This document shows, piece after piece, positions 52,939-64,000 of a DNA stretch of 64,000 bases. The translations under genes were made by a program, and so were the position numbers. The number at the start of each line of letters is the position of its first letter. Positions within the stretch are counted from its first letter, which is position 1. The notes beneath the pieces were generated by a model, which ran no database searches, was not told where the DNA came from, and was given only the letters and a program-made list of their open reading frames with translations. Source of the stretch: Camelus dromedarius (Eukaryota); assembly GCF_036321535.1 (NCBI RefSeq), contig NC_087436.1, positions 21,516,001 through 21,580,000 of the forward strand. Reading direction: 5' to 3'.

Positions 52939-52950
52939 AAAAGTAAGTTC

Positions 52951-53500
52951 AGGGTGATGTCAGCAAAATGGCAGAATAGGAAGCCCCAGACCCTCCCAAC
53001 AGAGACATCCACTCAACAATAAATGGACCAAATTCCTTTGTGAGAAATTGAGAATCAGTTAAGAGGCACCCGCACTCCAGGGGAGCAGTGAAACCAGCCA
53101 ACATCAAAGTTAGTAGGAAAATTTGTGGCACCCACTCTGCCAGGCTGGACTGGAGAAAACTCCCAACTCTTGGCTTTTCTCTGGTGAGGGAAAGAGAAGA
53201 ACGAAGCATATATCCAACTGTTCAGACTTTTCAGGGATCGGCCTGTGGGACTGGTTTCTGTTTTGCCTGAAGCTAAGCACTGACGGGAAAGGGTGCCAGC
53301 TCCAGGGCAGCTGAGAATTAGGTGATGATTTGGATTAGCACACACTCTTTCTTAATATTTCCTCCCCCTAGCTCCATGCAGAGAAAATCCCCTACTCCTG
53401 GCCTCTCCCTGGAGAGGGAAAGAGTTGGAGCATGTGTCCAATGTTTAGTTTTTCTGCGGGGAGGGCTCTCTTCCTCTCTGTCTTTACCTTTATGTTTTCT
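52951..53500 (+). mobile_element. L1 5' UTR (L1MA/L1M2-3 type)
   Basis: Starts gggtgatgtcagcaaaatggcagaataggaagcccc, the typical L1 5' start with YY1-like AAAATGGC. Confidence 0.75.
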
Positions 53501-53521
53501 TAGCTTTTAAAATCATGTCTC

Positions 53522-54437
53522 TTTTTTTTTTTACATTTTTTTGTTGAGTGATAGTCATTTTACAATGTTGTGTCAAATTCCAGTGTAGAGCACAATTTTT
53601 CAGTTATTCACGGACATATATACATTCATTGTCACATTTTTTTTCCGCTATGAGCTACCAAAAGATCTTGTATCTATTTCCCTGTGCTGTATAGTATAAT
53701 CTTGTTTATCTAGTCTACATTTTAAAATCCCAGTCTGTCCCTTCCCACCCCCCACCCCCTTGGCAACCACAAGTTTGTATTCTGTGTCTATGAGTCTGTT
53801 TCTGTTTTGTATTTATGTTTTGTTTTGTTTTGTTTTTTAGATTCCTCATATGAGCGACCTCATATGGTATTTTTCTTTCTCTTCTGGCTTACTTCACTTA
53901 GAATAACATTCTCCAGGAACATCCAAGTTGCTGCAGACGGCGTTATGTTGTCAGTTTTTATGGCTGAATAGTATTCCGTTGTATAAATATATCACATCTT
54001 CTTTACTCAGTCATCTGTTGATGGACATTTAGGCTGTTTCCATGTCTTGGCTACTGTAAATAGTGCTGCTATGAACACTGGGGTGCAGGTGTCATTCTGA
54101 AGTAGGGTTCCTTCTGGATATATGCCCAGGAGTGGGATTCCTGGGTCATATGGTAAGTCTATCCCTAGTCTTTTGAGGAATCTCCATACTGTTTTCCACA
54201 GTGGCTTTCCTTGCTTCCCTCTCCCACTCTTAATGATTTAGATGTCTTCTTTTACAATTTTGTGTTTATTCTTTTTGTAATTCATGGCAGTTATCTCCTT
54301 TCCAGTTATGAGTTTCTCATTTTTGTAGCATCCTGCTTCTTTTCTATTTAGAGTAGACCTGTCAATATTTCTTTTAGCATGGGTTTAGTGTTGCTAAACT
54401 CTTTTAGTTTTTGCTTGTCTGTGAAGTTTTTTATCTT
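53522..54437 (-). mobile_element. Young camelid L1 with internal deletion of nearly all ORF2
   Basis: 3' UTR and ORF2 end (53522-54204) joined directly to inter-ORF/ORF1-end sequence (54205-54437); degenerate TSD aatcatgtctcttt / aatcatctcttt. Confidence 0.8.
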
Positions 54438-54465
54438 AATCATCTCTTTATTTTTCACTTCATGC

Positions 54466-56020
54466 TTTTTTTTTTAATTGCGGCAAAAGAACATTAGGAA
54501 CACAACATGAGATCTACCCTCTTAACAGATTTTTCACATGTAGAATGAGAGTAATATTAACTATAAGCACAATGTCGTACACAAGCTCTTTAGAACTTAC
54601 TCATCTTGTATAACTGAACCTTTATACCTGTTGAATAGCAACTCCCCATATGACATACTTGTTGAAGATCATTTGACCGTAAATGCCTATATTCTCCTTT
54701 CTCAAGGTTGTTTTGGCTATTTGGTGTCCTTTGTGATTCCATATGAATTTTAGGATTGTTTTTTCCCATTTCTGCAGAAAAATACCAGAGATTTTGATAG
54801 GCATTGTATTGAATCTGTAGATTGCTTTGGGTATTATGGACATTTAAAAATATTGAATCTTAACATCCATGAATACAGGACTTATTTGTGTTTTCTTCAA
54901 TATCTTCCAATAATGTTTTGTAGTTTTCAGTGTACAGATCTTTTATTTCCCTGGTTAGGTTTATAATTATTTCATTCTTTTTGACACTATTGTAAATGGG
55001 ATTGTTTTCTTAATTCCCTTTTCATACTGTTTGTTGTTAGTATATAGAAACACAACTAATTTTTGTATATTGATTTTTGTATCCTGCAGCTTTACTGAAT
55101 TTATTATTTCTAACAGTCTTTCAGTGGAATCTTAAGGTTTTCTGTATGTAAGATCTTGTCATCTGTAAACAGAGACAATTTTGTTTCTTCCTTTCTTATT
55201 TGAATATGTTTTATTTCTTTTTCTTGCCTTATTGCTCTGACTAGAACTTCTAGTACTATGTTGAATAGGAATGGTGAGAGTGAGCATCCTTATCTTGTTC
55301 CTGATCTTAGAGAAAAAGCTTTCAACCTTTCACCACTTAGTATGGTGTTAACTGTGGGCTCATCATATATAGACTTTATTGTGTTGAGATACATTCCTAC
55401 TATCACCAAGCCTTTTACCTCTATTCTCTACCTCTCAGGCATCTAGAATATAACTGGGTCCTGGCAGTGCTCAGTGACAGGCAAGACAGAAGCCAGTCCC
55501 TTGGGCAGCAACCAGAGAAGATGGAATATTGGATGCACAGTCTAACTCTTTCCTTTCCCAGGGATAAACTGGGATTTGGGATTTTTTACCCACTTGCTTA
55601 AGGCTGAGTTACATGACCATGTGCATGCTCTTCCAAACTGCTGCCTTTGTTCTCAGCAGCCCCCAACCTGTGGACCTTTCCTGTCAGTGCTCAGATTCAG
55701 GCAAGGCAGAAAATAGTTCCTCAGGCAGTGCCCAGAAATATCAGAACTTAGGATATATTGTCCTGTCCTTTCATTCCCTCCCCAGGCTGATCCTGGGAAT
55801 GGAGGGTTTCCTCCTGATTGTGTGGCACATTATCAGGGGGAGGGCTTACAGTGGTAGGGAATCTCAGACTTTCCTACTGGCTTCAATAGGGCTGTTTTTC
55901 ACTTGCTAGAAGCTTCTAAGCTGGTTTCTGGATGTCTCAGAGAATTGGGCTGTGAATTGTTGTTGAATCATTGTGTCCGAGGAGAGTAGGGCTTCTTATT
56001 GTCATCTTGTTGACATCATT
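54466..56020 (-). mobile_element. Internally deleted L1MA-type element: 3' end, ORF2 piece and monomer-repeat 5' UTR
   Basis: ORF 54622-54843 ([16 protein letters not shown]...KFIWNHK) is L1 ORF2; the 5' end reads tgatgtcaacaagatgac on the minus strand. Confidence 0.8.
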
Positions 56021-56172
56021 TCGTCTTGCCTTCATCTTAAAAACATTTATTAATTTGCTACTGCATATTGAGAGCTGTGCTAAACTCTGGAGATTCTGAA
56101 GTTACATTTCATTATACAGACTGCCGTAGGTGCTTTGTTCTTGTAACTCTGATTTTCTTTCTTTGTTTTCAG

Positions 56173-56209
56173 AATAATAACTTGTTTCTTCATCTTCAAG
56201 TTGTGACCG
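56173..56209 (+). CDS. Candidate micro-exon 12 (NNNLFLHLQVVT-G)
   Basis: Near-consensus acceptor ctctgattttctttctttgttttcag| and donor CCG|gtaagt; 37 nt; in a small island between two L1s. Confidence 0.65.
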
Positions 56210-56574
56210 GTAAGTTCCTTTTCCTTTTGTTTTATAAAGCATTGGGGATCTGAACATGTTTCAAACTGTTACAGTCAATATTCCTACTGATGCTGAATTT
56301 ATTTCGTTTGTGAACAGTGGTACCCCTTTCAAGTTGGCTCTTGAATCTTTATGATACAATCCTAGCGGTAGTCTTTGATAATTTCTTATTTTCTGGATAG
56401 GGTGTTTCAAACTCATCTTGTACCTTCCTTCCCTAGCCATGGGATCAGCCATTTCTTCAAAAATCTCTCTTCTTTTTTGGTGGGTAATGATATTTAAAAA
56501 CTACAATGTTGGTGTTATTCCTTAGCATTTTGAATCAGTGATATAACATTCTTTCTCTTTCTTTCTCATTGTTA

Positions 56575-57155
56575 AACCATTCTGGCATCTATTGCTGTGA
56601 AACAAACCACCCTAAAGCTTAGTGGCTTAAAGCAACAATTTGTTGTTGTCTCTTAACAATTTTGTGGGTTCGCTGGACTCATCTGGGCACTTATTCCTTA
56701 GGGAGTCTCTTGAGATTGCAGTTAGATGGTGTTCAGACTGAAATCATGTGAAGGTTTGAATGGGGTGGATGTACAAGATGGCCTCTTCACTCATATGTCT
56801 GACACCTCAGCTAGGAAGGCTGGAGAAATTTGGGACTGGCCTGCCATCTATGTGTGTCTTCATTTAGTCTCTCTACAATGCCAGACTGAGCTTCCTCACA
56901 TCATGTGGGTCTCAGAATTGTTGGGCATTTTGCTGTGGTGGCTAGGCATCCACCAAAATAAGTGTTCTAAAAGACCAAGGCAGAAACTACAGGTTTCTTC
57001 TGATCTAACCTCGGAAATCACACAGAATCACTTCCACCACAGTCTATTGGTTACAACAGCCAGCCCATATTCAACGTAGGGGGACACTATACTTGTCTAA
57101 TAGGGATTCACGTGGTAATATTGTAGGGCCATACTTGGACGTTATCTATGATATA
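56575..57155 (-). mobile_element. MaLR LTR (MLT1F/G/H-like)
   Basis: tattgctgtgaaacaaaccaccctaaagcttagtggcttaaagcaacaa...atcacttccaccacagtctattgg. Confidence 0.8.
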
Positions 57156-57619
57156 CCATTTCTGTTAATAGCATCCTTTAGATCTAAATGCATGCAGTCG
57201 GATCATATCACTTTTCTTGGCGATATTTTTCAGAGGTGCCTCTACTACTTTTTCTAAGAATCAGCTCCCCGTTTTCTAATTTACCTATTTCTGTACTTTT
57301 TCATCAAACTCTTCCACCAGACATTTGTTTATCCTGCACACTTCTGTCTTTCAAGTCTGTTTAAATGTCACGTCTTCAGATAAACTCTGTGACTGTTTTA
57401 TCTAAAATAACAACTTCTTTCTACCCCATTTCTGTCTCTAACTTTTTATCCTACTCTATTTTTCTTTACAGCATTAATCTCTAAATAACATTGTTACATA
57501 ATGACTTGTTTATATGTCCACTTATTTACATATTTGCCTACAGTGTCTGGAATGTAATAAACCTTTACCAAATATTTGTAGGATAGATAATTGAATAGAG
57601 TGAACATTTTTACTCATCT

Positions 57620-60500
57620 TGCCTTCTTAAGAAATTTTTTTCTCAACCACTTTTGAGTTAAATTATGAGTTCATTTATTTCTATTTTTATTTAATAACCA
57701 TAGTATTTAATTTAACAATACTTTATGACTGCACTTTTAATTTTTTTCTTTTCATGCTAGATTTATTTAGCAAGATTTTTTGATATTTCCAAGTGATTTG
57801 GGTATTTTTGTTGACAATTATCAGTTTCACTTTGCAATCAGAGAATGTTAGCTGTACAATGTATGTTTCTTGGCATTTACTGAGATTATTTTCATGAACT
57901 ACTACTACATGGTAATTTTTTTTTTTTTTTTGGTAAATGTCCTCTAAAGTAAAGTTTAATTTATCTAATAAATAAACTTATTAATTGTACTACTCAAAAT
58001 TTAGGAGAACTTGGTCAGTCTTTGTTTTGTAAAAAAGAGAGTTTTTTTCTAATTCTTATAACAAAAATCATTTTTCCATCAGTATTATCTTCTATTTCCT
58101 ATATAAAAGTTAATGATTGTTTTATCTTTATTGAAATTAAATTGCTTATTTACTTTGTTTGAAATTAGTGTTACGATTTGCTTTCCTTTGGTCTGATTTT
58201 GCTTATTAAATCTTTGTTTCCTTTTGTTCTTAGAATTTTAATGTACAAATGTTAGGTGTGAATTTTGAAGTTGACTATTGTTAGATTTTGGCTTAATAGG
58301 AGAGTTCAGTTATTTTTTGTCCAAAGTCTTTACAGTGATCTTATTTCTGTTGTCTTTCTTTTTTCATTTTGAATGTTTCTTTGTTGTTAGATTTCTTGTC
58401 TCTGATTTTCATTTTCTTTTTTCTGGTGATTGAAAGATAAAAATCTTGTTTGAACTTTAAAAAACAGTTACTTGAATTAAAAATGAAACTTGAAACTAAA
58501 TCTTATCTAATTAAATTAAAGAATAAGAATTTTTGAATTCTATGTAAAATAAAGAATTGAGCATAATTTCCTTTCCGTTACCTTTTTTTTGATTTCCTAA
58601 TGTAGTCTGGAGTTATACATGTTATTATTTTTGTTATTTGGTTATAGTTTTCAACCTTGTTTCTCTTTCAAGACTCAGTTTTGCTTTTTGCTTTGAATTT
58701 TGTAAACATAAATAACAAAGACTTAACAAATTGAACCCCAGTATTTGATATTCTCATCTTTTTTTTTTTTAAATAGACTTCCTCCCGTACACACACATAC
58801 AATCTGAGTTTCAGTTGGTCACATATCCATTCAGCTAGAGATTTTAGTTTCTAATCTCCCTGTAGCTAAGTGAGGCCATGTGACTAAGTTTTGCTCAACT
58901 GGATGTAAGCAAAGTAATGTGTGCAATTTCCAGATTAATTTTATATAAGGAAATGACTTGCTTTCCACACCTTCTATGTCCCAATTTCCGTGGCCTAGAT
59001 TGTACATATGATTGTCCTTTCCATCTTTAACCTTATTCATGAGGACAACACTCTAGGGGATGGCAGAGCAAGAAGGTAGAAGGGATTTGGGTCCTCACAT
59101 GACCTCATGGACTGTCTGCCTACTTACCAGGGATGGCCTTTCCTGTCTAGACTCTTATAAGAGAGAGAAGTAAACTGTAATCTTGTGTGAGCCATTGAAT
59201 TTTGCAAGTCTTTTGTTTTAGTTTCTCAGCCTATTCCCTAATACATCATATTTTCAGGTTTTCATATTTTAAATTGCTTGAGATAGTCCTTTCATGTTTC
59301 TAGTTTCTCATTCTTTTTATTTTCTCTTAATATAGTAAAGAAATTTTTGTGTTTAATTTTTCAAGTAGATGTATAGATGGACAGTATATTTGTTAAGCCA
59401 TTTCATCATGTTATCTTGTCTGAATCGCCACATTTTTTTTCTCCCCAAATTCTGAAGATAGTTCTGGTTTTCTGGGTTCAGTGAGACAGGCCTGACTTTC
59501 TTTTTTATTCTTCAAAGGTAATCTATTTCTGCCTGAATTAAAAAAAAATCTTATATTGGAATTTAAAATTTTGTTTACTTTATATTTAATTTAACCCATT
59601 TTATATAAATTTTGCCTGAAATTTGGTAAGCCTTTTGAGTTATCAATGTCTATGCTTTTTTTTCCCCCTCTGCTTCAGGGCATTACTATTTTTCCCTTCT
59701 AATAAATCTTTGATGATTACTTCTGCTCCCTTTCTCACTGGTGGTGACTATTTAAATATTGAATTTTCTTTTTCACTGTAGTTATCAAATTCTTGGGGAA
59801 TTTCTCTAAGTTGTTACTGATTAAGTTGTATGCAGTCTTAATTCTGTACTTTACATGTTCCAGTGCATATTTTAATTATTTCATATTTTATTGTGCTTTC
59901 TTAAGGTCTTCTTTGCATTTTAATTTTTCTCTGCCAGGTCAGTTTTCATGTATGTCATATCTCTCATTTCACTGAGTCCATGATTTCTTATATTTCACTG
60001 AGATTAAAAAAACAATATAAGCTTTTATTTCTTGGGTAAATATTATTTAGAGGTAGACATCTCTATGTATTTTTAGGGTAATAGCTAAGTTCTTTCTTAT
60101 ATATCACAGAGGAATTTTATTTTAAAGGTCCCCTATTCCCCATTTCTTTCTGATGTTTTTAAACTTGAATGAAGAATTATTTCTTTGGGCCTGGTATTTG
60201 TCAAGTAACATGATAGTTTCATTCCCTTTGAGTTTATGTATTATTCACACCTTTATTGCTAGAATTCCCCCCCTCAGCTCTTAAGCTGACAACCAACTTC
60301 AAGAGCACAACCTCCAGCAAATTTCTGGTGTATAGCAGACATTCATGTAGGATCACTTTGTTCGATAGTGTGAGAAAATTTCTTCTTCTTTTAGTTTTTA
60401 ATTCTTAAATTGTGAGGGAGTAAATTTATTTTTGGAATTAAAAATATTTTGAAATTTGGCTGATTTGTTTTAGATAGTCCATGAGCAGAGTAATGTCTGG
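57620..60500 (-). mobile_element. Highly decayed L1ME-like ORF2/ORF1 region with a nested MaLR LTR (about 58800-59245, +)
   Basis: T-rich antisense L1 motifs (gcaatcagagaatgttagctgtacaatg; ctttgatgattacttctgctcc); MLT1J-like gtagctaagtgaggccatgtgactaagttttg. Confidence 0.6.
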
Positions 60501-61172
60501 AGGGCATTCTTCACTATGCTCTAACTAAAACCTTAATTTACCTCCAAAGAGTATACACCATGACCACCCATCCTCTGCCAAGTGTTCAGCACTAAACGTT
60601 GATGCTTCCTCAATGTGTGGCGAGAGAGAGAGGTAAATGTGAGCGTGGAGGGGAAATCTTCAGTATTAAGTCAACTGGTATGTTAGGACCTTTTCCAATT
60701 CGTTCCTATAAAGCCGAATAGGTGTTTTAGAGGTCATGTCAATGATTATTTTTAGATCCTATTGAAGCTATAATTAGGCGTAAATAATTAAACAACAGCT
60801 GATTTTTTTTTTTACATGTTTCTATTGCCCTTTAACTCTCATCACTTCTTTTTCTTTTTATGGGACGATAAGGAAGTGTGTGTCAGTTTCCGTTAAGTCA
60901 GCATCATCATGACCTCAGTGTTCTAATATTTCACCTCAGTTTTGTTTTAAGCCTCTTTATGCTTTGGGGAGAAAATTTCTTATTCTTTTGATCTAAAAAT
61001 GAATAGATGTGAACTTCAAGCTCAAAGCTGTGCAGAGCTGTCATCGGCATTCCCAAAGGTGCATAATTGCCTGTGGGAAAGACTTGTTTTGTCTGAAAAT
61101 CCTCTGAATGTTCATGAAAATTTATAGAAGTCAATTTGGCGCCTCACTCTGGGTAGTGGGACTGTTTTTTAG

Positions 61173-61184
61173 GCTTCCCCAGAA
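61173..61184 (+). CDS. Candidate 12-nt micro-exon 13 (G-FPR)
   Basis: actgttttttag|GCTTCCCCAGAA|gtaagt; symmetric phase 1. Confidence 0.45.
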
Positions 61185-62405
61185 GTAAGTAATGGGTGGA
61201 AATGGTCACTTACAGTGTCTTTACAGAAATAGTCCTACAAAGGCAAAAATGCATTAGAAACTTGGGACAGATACAAACATTTCTGACAAGCAGCTTAATC
61301 ATAATACATATCCATTCTCTTCCTCAAACTTTTAAATACTTTGCTCACAAAAGCACGCAAAGTCTTTGCAGAACCTCTTACAGGCTTTGCAGGAGATTCC
61401 CAGGAACTTAGAGGGTGTATTTACCCAGTTTTGGATGCCACATATTCATAGTCTTCATCTAATCAGATTAATCCATTTAGCATTTTTCAGATGTGAATTA
61501 CCTTCTGTATTTAGGCCCTGGACTGTCGCATTGTGGAACTGGCTTTTGTTCTAGCAGAAGTTCCCTCACTGACCTGATTTTTGCTCTCTCTTTCCCGCCT
61601 TGATCTTTCATTATTTTCATAGGTCCTTGTTCTCAATGCAGTGACTTGTCTTAATCTTGGCAACTGTGTTCTCTCTAACCCTCATTTGTCTAGTTTTGAT
61701 CTGTAGTTCCAAGTTGGTTATCAGTTTCCAGCCTTTTCTAGTATCTAAACTCTAAATTCTGTTACCTTTGATTATCTGAATTTGGCTCCACTTCTAATTC
61801 TGTAGTTTTCAACTGTTGAAAGTCTTGGAATATCAGAACCACTGGCAAATTCATATGCAATGTATATGTGTGTTTAGGTGTGTTTATGTGACTACACTTC
61901 AATTTAACAAAATATAGATATTACAGAACATCCTAAGCTGTGTCCAAAAAATAACTACCCCTTAAATTAAAAAAAACAAACAAACAAATATAGATGTACT
62001 TTTCCATCATGCCCTTCTCTCTGTGACTTCCCTGAATTCTGTAAGCTCTGTATTTTAAAGATATCAATATTGCAGAAATAGAAGATTCTGCATTTCCTGC
62101 TGCTTGGATTGCCTCAGGATCTAACACAGGACCACATAGTTATGCATCTCCTTCTTCAAGTTAGGGATTATTTAAGAATCTTAAATAATCTTTGTTATAC
62201 TACACCCCCAGCCCCTACTGCCTGAGAGGTAATAAAACTACCAAATTAAAAGTATCATTAGGTGGAAGAGGAAGGGATAGGAAAGAAGAGGATTGGAAGG
62301 CTTTCTATTTATTCTTGGGAAACTGGTGTATTAAAGAAATTACATTCTTCCTTTGACAAACTTATTTGCCACCTTTTTTAAGATGAAGGGGTTTTCTCAG
62401 TTTAG

Positions 62406-62441
62406 ATGGTCTCTGGAGACTAATGACAGGGTTCTTTTTAG
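62406..62441 (+). CDS. Candidate micro-exon 14 (NGLWRLMTGFFL)
   Basis: Strong donor TAG|gtaagt; acceptor gttttctcagtttag|; alternative acceptors at 62383 and 62401 would need another phase. Confidence 0.45.
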
Positions 62442-64000
62442 GTAAGTTAGTAATAATTCCTATCCTCATAACATTTTCAGTCCCATGAAAAATATATGAA
62501 GTCATCTTGTCCTTGTATGTTTCCTTTTTGGAATGTTGATAATATATTCAAGGGAACAAACAAGTCATGAAGGTACAGGGGCGTGACATTTAATAATTGG
62601 TGACCTTCATCTTGAATGGTCAGCACTTATTACAAACATACAAGGGAAAAAGCCAGAGTAGAGAACCTTAACTCAGGAAAGAGAAATAGTGACTGGTAGC
62701 TAATGATGAGTCTTTTACAAAAGGTAACCATCACTGTGATTTTTAATTTAAATATATCTTAACATATTTATAGAATAATTTCTAATTCTTCTGCTGTATT
62801 TTGTTTTAAATAAAATTGAAAATCTTCCTTTCTTTGTGTATATTTAAACACTTCTAATTTTATTCTACCTGGTCTCATGTTTAGAACCCTTTGATGTTAA
62901 ATATTTTGGTAAGTTAGCTACCTTCTGTTGGATCAACTGTTAGCTACTTACATTATAAAGTTATCATTTTTGCTTTAGTTTAGTTTGTTTAGTTAGCTTT
63001 TTTGCAAAATGTTTTTCATTTTGATTTTGCTTAGTTTGTCCTTTTACTTTCCAATACTCCATATTTTCTCAATTACTGTGATTTTTTCATCTTAATTGAT
63101 CTATCATTGATCTCCTAACATTCTTACTGTCATTCATTATTAAGGTAGTGCCAGAGATGCACCTTGTGCTTTATATAGATTATTGAATACAAATGAATGG
63201 GTTACTGCTTGGGATAGAGCTATCTACCTTAGGGTATGATGTTTTCATAGTACCTGTGGTACCTGAATTGCTATGACGTTCTTAACTAATGGAGGTAAAA
63301 GGCTTTCATGGCAGAGGGCTATTGAGATGAAGTCACAGTACTCACTTCGTGCCGTAGTGATAGGAATGCTGAGTCTAATATTTACTTATTAGAGAGAAGT
63401 GATGTACCTTCTAATCTTTTGAAATTATATGTCAGCATGTATGACAGTCATAGGAAAATACATCTATAACCTTATATATTTCCTCACTGATTAATAGGGT
63501 AATCAAAAGAAAAATCATTATAGCTCAAAACCCCTAGGGCAGCTAGCAGGGACATTATGCTCGATTTGCAGAAAATCTTCCAAGCTTGCTTCTATGTACA
63601 GTAAAATGTTTTACTGAGCAAACTAAATCAATAAAGAGTAAGAAACGTAAAATGAGATAGGATACATATACTTAAAATTCTAAAGATGTTTTTTGACCTA
63701 CAGCACGATTGGACAAAACCTAAATGATCAAAATTTGCATTACTCTTTGTAAGTTGTTTGAAAAAAAATTAACTCAATTTTTAGTTCCAGAATTGAATTA
63801 AGGTATCTATATTTGTGCTGCAGTCTCAGTATTCTCCTAGGAGAGCAAATGAATCACAAAATAAACCCACCCCTTTAAACATAGAGCCAAGCCGTCACCA
63901 AGCACTTGGGCTGCAGTCTTCACCTTCCTTAAGCAGTGGAAGCCCTTGTGATTTTAAATCCAAGATTAAAAAAAAAAATATTTTGGAACTCTTCCTGCTG

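Noticed and set aside
8285..60992. Minus-strand exon chain 60992-60935, 45600-45561, 11832-11796, 8320-8285 that also reads open
   Set aside because: Two of the four acceptors lack a pyrimidine tract and the peptide is unremarkable. It shows that short chains can be assembled by chance, which is why confidence in the + strand exons is kept moderate.
662..62127. The 60-147 aa ORFs in the supplied track as independent genes
   Set aside because: They are short, often start at non-ATG codons, and have F/L/I/S-biased composition expected from AT-rich DNA. The recognisable ones (1982, 2142, 26533, 30887, 30984, 54622, 55258) are L1 ORF2 remnants or their antisense.
1..64000. tRNA, rRNA, snRNA/snoRNA genes, CRISPR arrays, CpG island
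   Set aside because: None recognisable by eye. The DNA is eukaryotic and CpG-depleted. An Infernal/Rfam scan would be needed to exclude small ncRNAs.

Overview
AT-rich, CpG-depleted mammalian genomic DNA. It is most likely camelid (Camelus/Vicugna/Lama): the young LINE-1 3' tails look camelid, and I saw no Alu, B1, BovA/BovB, PRE1 or CanSINE elements. Much of the window is decayed transposable elements (L1, L2, MIR, MaLR/ERVL/ERV1 solo LTRs, MER5). No supplied ORF is a stand-alone gene. The main unexplained signal is a set of very small + strand exon candidates (10-93 nt) in the repeat-free islands. Fourteen of them (2846 to 62441) splice into one open frame of 193 codons that runs off both ends of the window, and I do not recognise the protein. 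The model was built by eye with some choice among acceptors, so it needs RNA-seq or conservation support. Other observations: two L1 3' transductions with TSDs, an L1 whose ORF2 is deleted at an AG acceptor-like site, several solo LTRs with clean TSDs, and a few possible germline/ciliary regulatory motifs. Repeat family names come from remembered consensus motifs, and boundaries of old repeats are approximate.
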